A stretch of DNA of 64,000 nt from Deltaproteobacteria bacterium (lineage in GTDB: Bacteria > UBA10199 > 2-02-FULL-44-16 > JAAZCA01), in assembly GCA_018645265.1 (NCBI GenBank), contig JABGOS010000118.1, positions 7,855-71,854 on the forward strand, read 5' to 3'. Below the pieces are notes generated by a model, which was not told where the DNA came from, ran no database searches, and saw only the letters and a list, made by a program, of their open reading frames with translations. Position 1 is the stretch's first letter; every line of letters begins with the position of its first letter. Positions 48,824-58,183 of this stretch are shown here, piece by piece. Both the position numbers and the translations under genes were made by a program.

Positions 48824-48874
48824 TTTTCCTCCAAGTAAAATCTTTTAGCCATCAAAAGACAGCTATGATTATTA

Positions 48875-49615
48875 TTATCCCTTAGGAAGTTCATTTGTGA
48901 AATATGTTGCCATTCTCTTGGTGAGTTCATCGACTGAGAGGTTGTACTTCTCAAGAACTTCCTTGTGAGCGTCGACATTTGGATCGTTTACTAGACCACG
49001 ACAGCCCCAACAGGTAGCCCCTTCAGTGACACAGCAAGCATCACATCCTGCGCGAGTAATTGGTCCAACACATGTCTGACCCTTTTCAAAGACGCATACA
49101 TTGCCAGCTTGTTTGCAGTCAACGCACATTGGGTAGTTAGGTATGTCAGGCTGTGTGCCAGTGAGGAGTGATTTTACTACCTTTACGAACTCACTCTGAG
49201 TCATAGGGCAGCCGTAAACCTTGTAATCTACGTCTATAACTTCACCGATGCCGCGCGCTCTGTATGTATCATAGTCTTTCCAATTCTCGCCATAGACTTC
49301 CTTGCGAACTGTTTCCAAGGGGCGAATATTTTTGAGGGCGTTGATCCCACCGCTCGTTGCACATGCGCCGATGGCGACTACGATCTTCGCGTTTTTTCTA
49401 ATATCCTTTAGACGAGCTTCATCAGCCACGCGTGTGCAAGAACCTTCGATGAAGGCGATATCGTAATCATCTGAATGTTCCTTCATGGCTTCGCGGAAGC
49501 TCACTATTTCAACATGTTCCAATACGTCGAGAAGGGCCTCTTCGAGGTTTACGACCGTAAGCTGGTCACCTTCACAACCTGCAAAATCAAAAAATGCTAT
49601 TTTTGGTTTACTCAT
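48875..49615 (-). CDS. [NiFe]-hydrogenase small (delta) subunit
   Basis: FDFAGCEGD, GSC, AIGACATSGG proximal-cluster Cys pattern. C-terminal extra Cys (CPMTQSEF..., CVDCKQAGNVC, GCDACC). Confidence 0.85.
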   Translation of the reverse strand: MSKPKIAFFDFAGCEGDQLTVVNLEEALLDVLEHVEIVSFREAMKEHSDDYDIAFIEGSCTRVADEARLKDIRKNAKIVVAIGACATSGGINALKNIRPLETVRKEVYGENWKDYDTYRARGIGEVIDVDYKVYGCPMTQSEFVKVVKSLLTGTQPDIPNYPMCVDCKQAGNVCVFEKGQTCVGPITRAGCDACCVTEGATCWGCRGLVNDPNVDAHKEVLEKYNLSVDELTKRMATYFTNELPKG

Positions 49616-49661
49616 GACTTATCCTTTCCCTCAATAACTCTCACGCGGAGAGGTTAGTTCG

Positions 49662-50498
49662 TTAGAATGCCTCTGGAATTTGGCCTACCTCAGCGAGCGT
49701 GAATACAGGGCCATCCTGGCAGCAATAAAGGTTGTTGATCTGGCAATGCCCGCACTTACCAACACCACATTTCATGTTGCGTTCGAGAGAGACGATTATG
49801 TTGTCATCAGTGATGTCCTTCTTCTTAGCTTCCGCGATAACAAACTTGTACATAATTGGAGGTCCAACCACCACACATGAGGTGGTGTTCGGATTCGGAT
49901 TGATCTTTGAGAATAGGGTTGTGATAACGCCCGTGTTTCCTGTCCAGCTGGCATCACCATTGTCCACTGTCTCCAGGAGGTTTACATCCTTCATCTCGGA
50001 GATCTTTTTGAGCTCATCGGTGAAAAAGCGTTCAGTCGGCGACTTTGCTCCGAAGAGGATCGTTACATCTTTGTAATCCCCACGGTTGTCGAGAACGTAG
50101 TTGATGAATGAACGAGCAGGTGCCAGTCCAAGTCCGCCAGCTACAAAAAGAATATCGCGTCCCTTTGTTTCTTCATATGGGAAGTTCGTGCCAAATGGGC
50201 CTCTGATTCCAACTGTTGAACCGGCTTCAAGTTTATGAAGTGCTCCGGTAACATTGCCGGCATTGCGAACTACCAATTCAAAATAACCCTTCTGTGTTGG
50301 CGAAGAGGATATCGATATTGGAGCCTCACCGATTCCCAGCACTGAAACTTCAACGAATTGACCCGGTTTGTGTCCGAGCTCGTTTCCGTTATTGAGTTTG
50401 AGTTTGAAATATTTTTCCGTAGTGGTCAGCATCTTCGCTTCTTCGATCGTAGCGATAACTGGCGCGTATAGTGATTTATCGTTCATTGCGGTGGCCAT
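49662..50498 (-). CDS. hydrogenase gamma subunit (FAD/NAD(P)-binding, 2Fe-2S; DHOD-electron-transfer-subunit-like)
   Basis: GQFVEVSVLGIGEAPISISS (flavin-binding barrel), FVAGGLGLAP (NAD(P)), CGVGKCGHCQ cluster. Confidence 0.85.
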   Translation of the reverse strand: MATAMNDKSLYAPVIATIEEAKMLTTTEKYFKLKLNNGNELGHKPGQFVEVSVLGIGEAPISISSSPTQKGYFELVVRNAGNVTGALHKLEAGSTVGIRGPFGTNFPYEETKGRDILFVAGGLGLAPARSFINYVLDNRGDYKDVTILFGAKSPTERFFTDELKKISEMKDVNLLETVDNGDASWTGNTGVITTLFSKINPNPNTTSCVVVGPPIMYKFVIAEAKKKDITDDNIIVSLERNMKCGVGKCGHCQINNLYCCQDGPVFTLAEVGQIPEAF

Positions 50499-50525
50499 GA
50501 TATGTTGCCCTCCAATTTAAATTAA

Positions 50526-51557
50526 TTAGCTGCAGAGTTCGTTTAAAATCTTTACCGGGTCTGTTATGTCCGGCAAGCAAGTTGATGAACAGCGTCCACA
50601 TCCTACACAGGCGAGCTCACCGTTCAATTTATCTGCTACGTAGACAGTTTTTCTCAATATGCGATGACGAAAGCGATCCGCTCTGTTCTCGCGGAAATTC
50701 TCATCGCCAGCGACTTTTGCGAAAGGTTCTAGTAAGCAACCATCCCACTTTCTTGTGCGCTGACCTGTCGCGAGGTCCAATTCGATGGTGTCTTTAACGT
50801 CGAAGCAGTAACAGGTTGGACATACGAGATTGCAGGAACCGCAGCTGTAACATTTTTCGGCCAGTTTTTCCCAAATTGCGTTGTTATAGCTATTCTTCAT
50901 TGAAGCCGTAATCCCATCGGTATCGCACTTTACTTTCCTGTCGGCCTTGCAGAGGTTGGGTAGTTCGCTGCGAACCTTATCACGTGCTGTGTTATCATCG
51001 TTTGTAGCGTCCTCAGCGGAAGCATACTTGGAAAGTAGGTTTGCACCTTTTTCCGTTCCAACTTCTACATAGTACTTGTTTCCGATATCGGTGAGGAGAA
51101 GGTCGTAGCCCTTATCCACTGTCGAGGAATCCATCGATCCCCAGAATGACCATTCGGATGCCTGCGTTGGTTCGAGCGCAATTACTGTGGCGGCATTTCT
51201 GCGAGCCTTGTAATGCTGATCAGCATTGTTCTCATCCCAGATGATATCCATTTGGTTGAGCGCTTTTAGGTCATAACTGTGGATTCCAAGCAGCACGAAA
51301 GGATCGGCTTCGATGTTCGGCTTGATTTCGGTGTTGGCACCGAGTTTGAAGTCGAACAGCTTTTCCTTAGGTGGCTGGAAGAACGTTCTCGGCGAGCGTA
51401 GGGTGACGTCATAGTCCATTACGATTTCATCGGCATTATTGATGTTGCCGAACTCGTATTTCGTCTCCTTGGCTTTGACACCAATCGTGCGTTCCGATTT
51501 GACCAGGTTTTCTGCGAACTTCTTAAAATTCTCTTTAGACAGCGTTTTTGCAGTCAT
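50526..51557 (-). CDS. hydrogenase beta subunit (4Fe-4S; sulfhydrogenase HydB-like)
   Basis: CYSCGSCNLVCPTCYCFD and CVGCGRCSSTCLP. The true start MTAKTLS is 7 nt after GGAGGAGAG. The upstream ATG of the ORF track lies inside the SD. Confidence 0.85.
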   Translation of the reverse strand: MTAKTLSKENFKKFAENLVKSERTIGVKAKETKYEFGNINNADEIVMDYDVTLRSPRTFFQPPKEKLFDFKLGANTEIKPNIEADPFVLLGIHSYDLKALNQMDIIWDENNADQHYKARRNAATVIALEPTQASEWSFWGSMDSSTVDKGYDLLLTDIGNKYYVEVGTEKGANLLSKYASAEDATNDDNTARDKVRSELPNLCKADRKVKCDTDGITASMKNSYNNAIWEKLAEKCYSCGSCNLVCPTCYCFDVKDTIELDLATGQRTRKWDGCLLEPFAKVAGDENFRENRADRFRHRILRKTVYVADKLNGELACVGCGRCSSTCLPDITDPVKILNELCS

Positions 51558-51625
51558 TTTTGACTCTCCTCCCATTCGTGGTTTTGAAAAGGCGGGCGAA
51601 TATTATGCGAAAGTAGGTGCAATGC

Positions 51626-51655
51626 AAGAAAAATAGCCCTTTCCGGGCTATATAG
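51626..51655 (-). promoter_or_regulatory. terminator-like hairpin with U-tract in the 5' leader of the hydrogenase operon (minus strand)
   Basis: Minus-strand tagccc-ggaaa-gggcta followed by ttttt. It lies about 60 nt upstream of the beta-subunit start and about 200 nt from the divergent HDAC gene. Confidence 0.35.
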
Positions 51656-51850
51656 GGGGGTGTCCAGATGCTTGATTTATCGATTGTTATTGATAGGTAA
51701 TGCGAAAGATGGCATGAAACGACGGTTGGGGAGGGGAGTGATAGTATTGTCCCTGCATAAAAGGGTTTTTAGGGGTAAAATGATCTGCCTGAGTGTCGGT
51801 TCCTTTCCGACGGTGGTGTCGGTAAACGAGTTTAGTGGCAGGGAGTCTTA

Positions 51851-52786
51851 ATGAGTACTGCATATATATGGGAAGAGCTTTTTACATATCATGAGATGGG
51901 TTATCTTCATCCTGAATCGCCAAAACGCCTCCTCTCCATTAAGGAGGTTCTGGAGAGTAATGGTGTGGGGCGTGAACTCACAAAAATCGATTCGAGGCCT
52001 GCCACTAAAGAGGAAATAGCTTTTATACACGACGAGGTTTACATAAAGAGAGTCGAAGGTACGGACGGAGAGAACCTTACTCATCTCGATCCCGATACTA
52101 GCGCCAATCGCTATAGCTGGAAGGCGGCGCAGCTGGCAGCTGGCAGTGCGATTCGATGTGCGGAAGTTGTTGCGAGTGGTGAGCATAAAAATGCATTTGC
52201 TTTTCTGAGGCCTCCGGGACATCACGCTGAACGCGATAAGGCTATGGGTTTTTGTTTTTTCAACAACGTGGCTATAGCGGCGGAATGGCTAATCAGATCA
52301 AAGAAAGCCGATCGGGTGGCGATTATAGATTTCGATGTGCATCATGGAAATGGAACTCAACATGCTTTTTCTAAAAGACCGGATGTTCTTTTTGTATCAT
52401 CGCACCGCCATCCTTTCTTTCCTGGAACCGGATCAGAGGATGAGATCGGTGAGGGTGAGGGTGAGGGGTATACTCTGAATATTCCACTTAAGGGTGGTGC
52501 TTCGGATGATGATTACAAACGTGTATTTGATGTAGTTTCTAGAAGGGTCGAAAAATATAGGCCAAATTTTATTTTGGCCTCAGCAGGTTACGACTCACAT
52601 AGAGCCGACCCTCTTGGTGGTATGGATGTAACGACGGATGGCTTCCGCTACATGATGGCCAGGCTTGTTGATCTCTCCAGAGAATTTAGTGATGGAAGGC
52701 TGGTCGCGATCTTGGAGGGAGGGTATAATTTGAAGGCTCTCAGGGATTCTGTTGAGGTTCAGCTGGAGGAGATGGTGTCTGGGTAA
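51851..52786 (+). CDS. histone-deacetylase-family (AcuC/AphA-like) deacetylase
   Basis: Zn-site motifs DFDVHHGNGTQ, SHRHPFFPGTG, and GGY. Confidence 0.85.
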   Translation: MSTAYIWEELFTYHEMGYLHPESPKRLLSIKEVLESNGVGRELTKIDSRPATKEEIAFIHDEVYIKRVEGTDGENLTHLDPDTSANRYSWKAAQLAAGSAIRCAEVVASGEHKNAFAFLRPPGHHAERDKAMGFCFFNNVAIAAEWLIRSKKADRVAIIDFDVHHGNGTQHAFSKRPDVLFVSSHRHPFFPGTGSEDEIGEGEGEGYTLNIPLKGGASDDDYKRVFDVVSRRVEKYRPNFILASAGYDSHRADPLGGMDVTTDGFRYMMARLVDLSREFSDGRLVAILEGGYNLKALRDSVEVQLEEMVSG

Positions 52787-52807
52787 ATTTATGAATGGGG
52801 GTTCGAT

Positions 52808-53419
52808 ATGAAAAAGGTATTGTTAGCGATTGTAGTTGTTGCGTTGTTCTGTGCAGTAGGTTGTAAATCAAAACCTAAAATTAATGCTGAAGAGGAAGTG
52901 CAGAAAGGAGAGAAGATGAGCGAGGTGAAGACATTTGCAGAACCAAAGGAGGCGGTTGTCGAAGTGGATAAAAAATACACCGCTGTAATCAAAACCAGCA
53001 AGGGTGACATAACTTGCGAGTTGTTCGCAAAGGAGGCGCCGCTTTCAGTTACAAATTTCAAGCAGCTTGCGGATGGTGGTTTTTATAATGGGCTTACCTT
53101 TCATAGGGTTGTGCCGGATTTCGTAGTTCAGGGCGGTGACCCTGATGGTACGGGATCTGGAGGCCCAGGCTATACGATTCCAGCTGAAATCAAACCTGAT
53201 TTGAAGCATATCAAGGGTGCGCTTGCTTGGGCTAGGCTTGGTGATGAAGTTAACCCGGAAAAACGTTCAAGTGGGTCGCAGTTCTATATCACGCTTGAGC
53301 CGACACCTTTTCTCGATGGCGGATATACGGTTTTTGGAAAGACCATTTCAGGAATGGATATAGTGGAGCAGATTCAAATAGGTGATAAGATTGAGTCGGT
53401 AGAAATTAAAGCTGAATAG
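52808..53419 (+). CDS. cyclophilin-type peptidyl-prolyl cis-trans isomerase, lipoprotein
   Basis: Lipobox LFCAVGC. FHRVVPDFVVQGGDPDGTGSGGPGYTIPAE. Confidence 0.9.
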   Translation: MKKVLLAIVVVALFCAVGCKSKPKINAEEEVQKGEKMSEVKTFAEPKEAVVEVDKKYTAVIKTSKGDITCELFAKEAPLSVTNFKQLADGGFYNGLTFHRVVPDFVVQGGDPDGTGSGGPGYTIPAEIKPDLKHIKGALAWARLGDEVNPEKRSSGSQFYITLEPTPFLDGGYTVFGKTISGMDIVEQIQIGDKIESVEIKAE

Positions 53420-53445
53420 TTAGGCTGAAAAAGTCTGAGAAAATA

Positions 53446-53478
53446 TGGGGGTGCGATAATATCGCATCCCCTTTTTTA
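53446..53478 (+). terminator. rho-independent terminator between convergent PPIase and PBP genes
   Basis: ggggtgcgat-aat-atcgcatcccc followed by ttttttata. Confidence 0.6.
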
Positions 53479-56139
53479 TAGTTCCCCATCCATTTGCGAG
53501 TTTTGAAAATCATCCAGGCTGTCGATCTCTTCGAGGTCCTCTTCGAAAAAACGGCCAGCTCTGTCAGCTCCACCACCTTCAGGTGTGAGATCCTGATTTG
53601 GTCTCGCACCGAATAGTGCGGAACCGCCGGTCAGAGATGCTATATCTGAATGAGGAAGACCTGAGGGTTTGATAAAATTGTCCGCCTCCAGATCCTTGGT
53701 GGCTTCCTTCATGAACTCCAGAAAGATAGGAGCTGCGGTGTTGCCGCCAGCTACGCGTTTTCCAATAGGTTTGAGTTCATCAAAGCCGACCCAAACACCT
53801 GCTAACAGCTTTGGCACAAAACCTATGAACCAGACATCCGTCTCATCATTAGTTGTGCCGGTTTTTCCGGCAGCTGGTTTGCCGAGGGCTCGCACCCTTG
53901 TGCCGGTGCCACCCTCCACAACACCCTTTAGTAATTCAGTCATCAAGTATGCCGTCTGTGGTGAAATCACGTGGCGAGGAGGTATTTGCTCGCCGTATAG
54001 TGTTCTTATCTCAAGGTCTGTCAGAACTAGCTTGTCACGATCGATGATCTCCAGTCCTTCCCTGAAGAGGGCTGGATTTAAATCGGTTTCCTGGATTATC
54101 ATTTCGGGGGTTTTTGGGGTATCCTCATCCTTCTTGACGTGCTGCTTTCCTCTCTTATCCTTTCTACTCTTCTCAATCTTTTCATCATTTCGTCTATTTA
54201 GGATCTGGAGGATCTCCCCTTGGGAATCTACTATCTTCGTTATTGCAACTGAAGGAATTAATTTTCCGTTATTTGCAAATACCGAATATGCCTGGATCAT
54301 ATCCTTTAGATAGACTGCGTTTGAGCCGAGTGACATCGAAAGGTATTTTTCGATCGGTGTGGTTATACCAAGTTTTCTTGTATAGGCGGTTAGGTAGTGG
54401 GTGCCTATGTCATAGGTTATCTTTACAGTTGGAATATTTCTGGAGAATTTTAATGCATTCCTAAATGGTGTTGGTCCTTTGTGTTTTCCGCCGTAGTTCT
54501 TTGGTCTCCATACTTTATGACGACCGACGCGATATTCAACGGGGGCATCCAGGATGGCAGTATCGAATGTGTAACCTTTATCCAGGGCTGCAGCGTAGAC
54601 GAACGGCTTGAAGGCTGATCCTGGCTGGCGAAGTGCTTGGGTGACCCTGTTAAATTCACTTCTTCCGAAATCATAGCCGCCTACCATGGCTTCGATGAAG
54701 CCGGTGCCAGGTGTCATGGCCAAGAGGGCACCTTCGACAAGGGGCTCCTGAGCGAGTGCGAAGGATCCGTCCTTTAAACGCCTGACGAGTATGACATCAC
54801 CTATCTTCAAGATTGTTTTCGGGTCGTTAATATATTTTCTACCTTCTTCACCGAGCCATTTCGTTGAAAATGGTCTGGCCCAAGCATAACCACCCGCATC
54901 AATTGTGCCGGTTACATCTCCGATTCGTACGTAGACTTTTTTATCTCTGAATGTTGATACAACAGCTTCATAGATATCATCAGTTTTAAATTTTATGTGT
55001 CGGGTTTTTTTTATTTTACTATCAGGAGGCCAGTCAACAATATCCCCGTACTGTTTGATTAAGATCCTTTTGCCCAGCCAGGCAGCTTTTTTTTCAATTT
55101 GATGTGGTGGGACGTTTTCCTTGGCCCCTCTCCAGCCATGGCGACGATCGAGTTTTTCTATGCCCGCCCTTACAGATCGCACTGCAGCCCTTTGCAGCGG
55201 GAGGTCTACCGTCGTATATATTCTTAATCCGTTATGGTAGAGGAATGCATCGCCATATTCCTCTTTCACTATCCTTCGAATATATTCCGTGAAGTAGGCG
55301 GCATCGTTATCATTAAAACTTTTATCAACTCCTGCGACGTATACTTCGAAATGCTCATCTGCTGCGGCCTTGGCCTGATCCTCTGTGATGTGTCCCTCTT
55401 CCACCATTCGGTTTAAGACAATGAGTTGCCTATTTCGTGCCTGTTTGGGACTGGCAACCGGCGAAAATGTCGAAGGCGCAGTCGGAAGCCCTGCTATAAG
55501 GGCTATTTGGCCGAGACTGAGATCTTTTGTATCCTTGTGAAAATAATTTCTAGCAGCGGCAGCTACTCCATAGGACCTATTCCCGAGGTAGATCTGATTC
55601 AAGTAGAGCGTTAATATCTGTTCTTTGCTGAAATGTCGCTCCAGTCGTACAGCCAGTATCGCTTCCTTTATCTTCCTGGATAGTTTTCGCTCGGGGGTGA
55701 GTAGAAGGGATCTAGTAATCTGCTGGGTGATAGTTGAGCCACCCTGTGTAATGTGTCCGGCACGTATATTTGCTATAAATGCCCTGAATATCGATTTAGC
55801 ATCGACACCGCTGTGTTCGAAGAATCGGGCATCCTCGGCATCTATAAACGCTTGTGATATCTGCTTGGGGATTTCGTCGTAGGGTAGGAAAATGCGACAC
55901 TCGGTCCAGTATTCCCCAATTCTGGTCCCATCTTTTGCAAAGACTTCGCTGATAACAGGAGGTCGATAGTCCTTCATGGATGCAATTTCAGGCAGATCTT
56001 GTGCGAAATAAAAATAGATCGTTACGAGGGCTGCTAGAGCTAGAACGATAGATACTATGAGAAAGCCGACGACAAATTTGATCAGTCGAAGGCTGCCTAG
56101 TATGGCCCTTGAAACCGTGGTGATTATCGAACGAAGCAT
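53476..56139 (-). CDS. class A penicillin-binding protein (PBP1A: glycosyltransferase + transpeptidase)
   Basis: GT51 motifs FIDAEDARFFEHSGVD, GGSTITQQ, RKIKEA. TPase SxxK (GSAFKP), SLGSN, KTGT. Acidic C-terminal tail. Confidence 0.9.
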   Translation of the reverse strand: MLRSIITTVSRAILGSLRLIKFVVGFLIVSIVLALAALVTIYFYFAQDLPEIASMKDYRPPVISEVFAKDGTRIGEYWTECRIFLPYDEIPKQISQAFIDAEDARFFEHSGVDAKSIFRAFIANIRAGHITQGGSTITQQITRSLLLTPERKLSRKIKEAILAVRLERHFSKEQILTLYLNQIYLGNRSYGVAAAARNYFHKDTKDLSLGQIALIAGLPTAPSTFSPVASPKQARNRQLIVLNRMVEEGHITEDQAKAAADEHFEVYVAGVDKSFNDNDAAYFTEYIRRIVKEEYGDAFLYHNGLRIYTTVDLPLQRAAVRSVRAGIEKLDRRHGWRGAKENVPPHQIEKKAAWLGKRILIKQYGDIVDWPPDSKIKKTRHIKFKTDDIYEAVVSTFRDKKVYVRIGDVTGTIDAGGYAWARPFSTKWLGEEGRKYINDPKTILKIGDVILVRRLKDGSFALAQEPLVEGALLAMTPGTGFIEAMVGGYDFGRSEFNRVTQALRQPGSAFKPFVYAAALDKGYTFDTAILDAPVEYRVGRHKVWRPKNYGGKHKGPTPFRNALKFSRNIPTVKITYDIGTHYLTAYTRKLGITTPIEKYLSMSLGSNAVYLKDMIQAYSVFANNGKLIPSVAITKIVDSQGEILQILNRRNDEKIEKSRKDKRGKQHVKKDEDTPKTPEMIIQETDLNPALFREGLEIIDRDKLVLTDLEIRTLYGEQIPPRHVISPQTAYLMTELLKGVVEGGTGTRVRALGKPAAGKTGTTNDETDVWFIGFVPKLLAGVWVGFDELKPIGKRVAGGNTAAPIFLEFMKEATKDLEADNFIKPSGLPHSDIASLTGGSALFGARPNQDLTPEGGGADRAGRFFEEDLEEIDSLDDFQNSQMDGEL

Positions 56140-56143
56140 TTTG

Positions 56144-56227
56144 TGCGAGAGAGGGGACTCGAACCCCTACAGCCTTGCGGCCACAAGAACCTGAATCTTG
56201 CGTGTCTGCCAATTCCACCACTCTCGC
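56144..56227 (-). tRNA. tRNA-Leu (anticodon CAG)
   Basis: Minus strand: GCGAGAG acceptor stem, anticodon stem-loop CAAGA-TTCAGGT-TCTTG, long variable arm GTGGCCGCAAGGCTGTAG, T-arm GGGGTTCGAGTCCCC. CCA is not encoded. Confidence 0.8.
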
Positions 56228-56306
56228 AAACGGATGTGGGCTCCTATCATTCAACCTATTTAAAGGCAACGGTTTTTTGTTTGCGGGTGAGAAGCCGTGG
56301 CGGGGA

Positions 56307-56465
56307 TTATTCGACTCCGGAATCTTCATCAAATACGTTTAAATTGTCATCTTCCTGGTAGAGGATAGCCCCGCAGTTAGGGCAGGTGGATTCCTGACCT
56401 ACAAAATTGCCACAATTTGGACAGGTTTCGGGGTTGTCGAAACTAAGCTCTTCTATGTCTGCCAT
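56307..56465 (-). CDS. 52-aa zinc-ribbon protein (MADIEELSFDNPETCPNCGNFVGQESTCPNCGAILYQEDD...)
   Basis: Two CPNCG knuckles. GGAGGTG SD 5 nt upstream of the ATG. Below the ORF-track size cutoff, so read manually. Confidence 0.55.
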   Translation of the reverse strand: MADIEELSFDNPETCPNCGNFVGQESTCPNCGAILYQEDDNLNVFDEDSGVE

Positions 56466-56542
56466 CCATCACCTCCAATGGCTGTTAAAATCTTCATACA
56501 GTTTGTTCAAATATTCATTATTCAAGTGATGTCAATTGAAAT

Positions 56543-57493
56543 TTATTTCTGAATTACCGTTCCCGTTTTTCCTCGCAGTGCCGCTAAGCAATTCGGTATT
56601 GAGGTGATAATCACCTTCTTTCCACCATGTTCAAGGAAGTCCAGGGATGCCTTTATTTTTGGTTTCATGCTGCCGGCGGCAAATTCACCGTTTGCCAAGT
56701 GTTGTTTTAGCTCGGATGCTGTGACTCGTTTCAGAGCTGTCTGATCCGCTTTCCCAAAGTTGAGATATGCGAACTCGACCTGAGTTAAAATGATCAGCGT
56801 TTCAGCTTCAACCTCTGTAGCTAGTATTGAGCTGGTTAAATCCTTATCTATGACTGACTCTGTTCCATAGAAGAGATTGTGACGATTGAGGCTGACAGAT
56901 ACTCCGCCACCACCTCCTGCTATGACTATATAACCCTTGTTGAAAAGGGTCTTAATCGGTTCTGATTCCAATATCTTAACAGGTTTTGGACTTGGAACTA
57001 CGCGGCGCCAACCGCGACCGGAATCCTCCTTCATAATCCAACCGCGACCGATGTGGAGCTCTTGCGCCTCACGTTCATTATAGAACATCCCGACCGGCTT
57101 AGAAGGGTTATCAAAGGATGGGTCCTTAGCATCGACCATTACTTGCGTGACTATAGTTGCTACAGGTAACTTGACACCTCTTTTTCTCAGGGAGTTTGTT
57201 AGAACCTGCTGGATCATGTAGCCCATTCCCCCCTGGGTGTCGGCTACGCACGTATCCATGGGGAGAGGGTAGACAGTTTTGCTGGCTATTTCACTTCTCA
57301 GGATAGTTGCTCCAACCTGTGGTCCGTTGCCGTGGGTTATTATGATTCTGTCGTAACCATTTATGACGAGTTCGGCGATATGTTCCATGCTTTCAGAAGT
57401 TGAGTAAAACTGTTCCTGGATCGTCCCTCGCATCCCCGGTTTGCTAATGGCGTTTCCGCCGAGCGCTATTACTATGCCGCCTTTTTTGATCAT
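56543..57493 (-). CDS. arcC: carbamate kinase
   Basis: IVIALGGNAI N-terminal motif and the amino-acid-kinase fold. GGAGGTG SD. Confidence 0.85.
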   Translation of the reverse strand: MIKKGGIVIALGGNAISKPGMRGTIQEQFYSTSESMEHIAELVINGYDRIIITHGNGPQVGATILRSEIASKTVYPLPMDTCVADTQGGMGYMIQQVLTNSLRKRGVKLPVATIVTQVMVDAKDPSFDNPSKPVGMFYNEREAQELHIGRGWIMKEDSGRGWRRVVPSPKPVKILESEPIKTLFNKGYIVIAGGGGGVSVSLNRHNLFYGTESVIDKDLTSSILATEVEAETLIILTQVEFAYLNFGKADQTALKRVTASELKQHLANGEFAAGSMKPKIKASLDFLEHGGKKVIITSIPNCLAALRGKTGTVIQK

Positions 57494-57591
57494 TTACACC
57501 TCCAGACTTTGCGCCTATAGGGGACCGGGAAGGGGGCGTCAATAGCATTTTTTTCTTTGTGTTTGAGGGGATTAATTGGCGGGGAGGTCTT

Positions 57592-58098
57592 ATGAGGGAT
57601 ATATCGGTTGAAAAACTAATCCAGATCTTCCAGATGGAGGCACATCCGGAGGGTGGATATTTTAAAGAAACCTATAGGGCGTTTGAATCGATTTCAAAGG
57701 TTGCTCTGCCTGAACGTTTCAATGGAGATAGAAGCTTTTCAACGGGGATATACTATCTCTTGCCCGAGGGGACCAAATCATCTCTGCACAGGATTGCTTC
57801 AGATGAGATGTGGCATTTTTATCTAGGTGATCCCTTGGTGGTTGTTCAATTTATGCCAGATGGGCAAGTTGTTGAAACTATTTTAGGAAACGAGATTGAA
57901 AGGGGTCAGAAGGTCCAGCATGTGGTGCCAGCAGGTTGCTGGTTTGGAGCATATCCAGGGCCAGGTAGCCATTTTTCATTCGTGGGATGTACCGTTGCCC
58001 CGGGATTTGATTTTGGCGATTTTGAGATGGGTAATAGGGATCAGCTCTTAAAGGAGTACCCGTCCGCAAAAGCTCTTATAGAGAAGCTTATGGCTTAG
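57592..58098 (+). CDS. cupin-fold protein, DUF985 family
   Basis: HPEGGYFKETYR, TGIYYLL, SSLHRIASDEMWHFYLGDPL. The ATG at 57592 follows GGGGAGG. Confidence 0.75.
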   Translation: MRDISVEKLIQIFQMEAHPEGGYFKETYRAFESISKVALPERFNGDRSFSTGIYYLLPEGTKSSLHRIASDEMWHFYLGDPLVVVQFMPDGQVVETILGNEIERGQKVQHVVPAGCWFGAYPGPGSHFSFVGCTVAPGFDFGDFEMGNRDQLLKEYPSAKALIEKLMA

Positions 58099-58183
58099 TA
58101 GGTGACTTCGGTCTTGACGTTCACTAGGTAACGAGTAGAATCCAGAAATCTTGAGGAACAATTAACTTGTGGGAGGAGAAACT

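Noticed and set aside
51660-51851. 63-aa plus-strand ORF in the hydrogenase/HDAC intergenic region
   Set aside because: No SD and Arg/Leu-rich low-complexity content. It ends exactly at the HDAC start and fits better as 5'-UTR or promoter sequence.
53669-54313. 214-aa antisense ORF within the PBP1A gene
   Set aside because: The sense strand carries the SxxK, SxN and KTG transpeptidase motifs. The antisense frame is Ser/Pro-rich noise.
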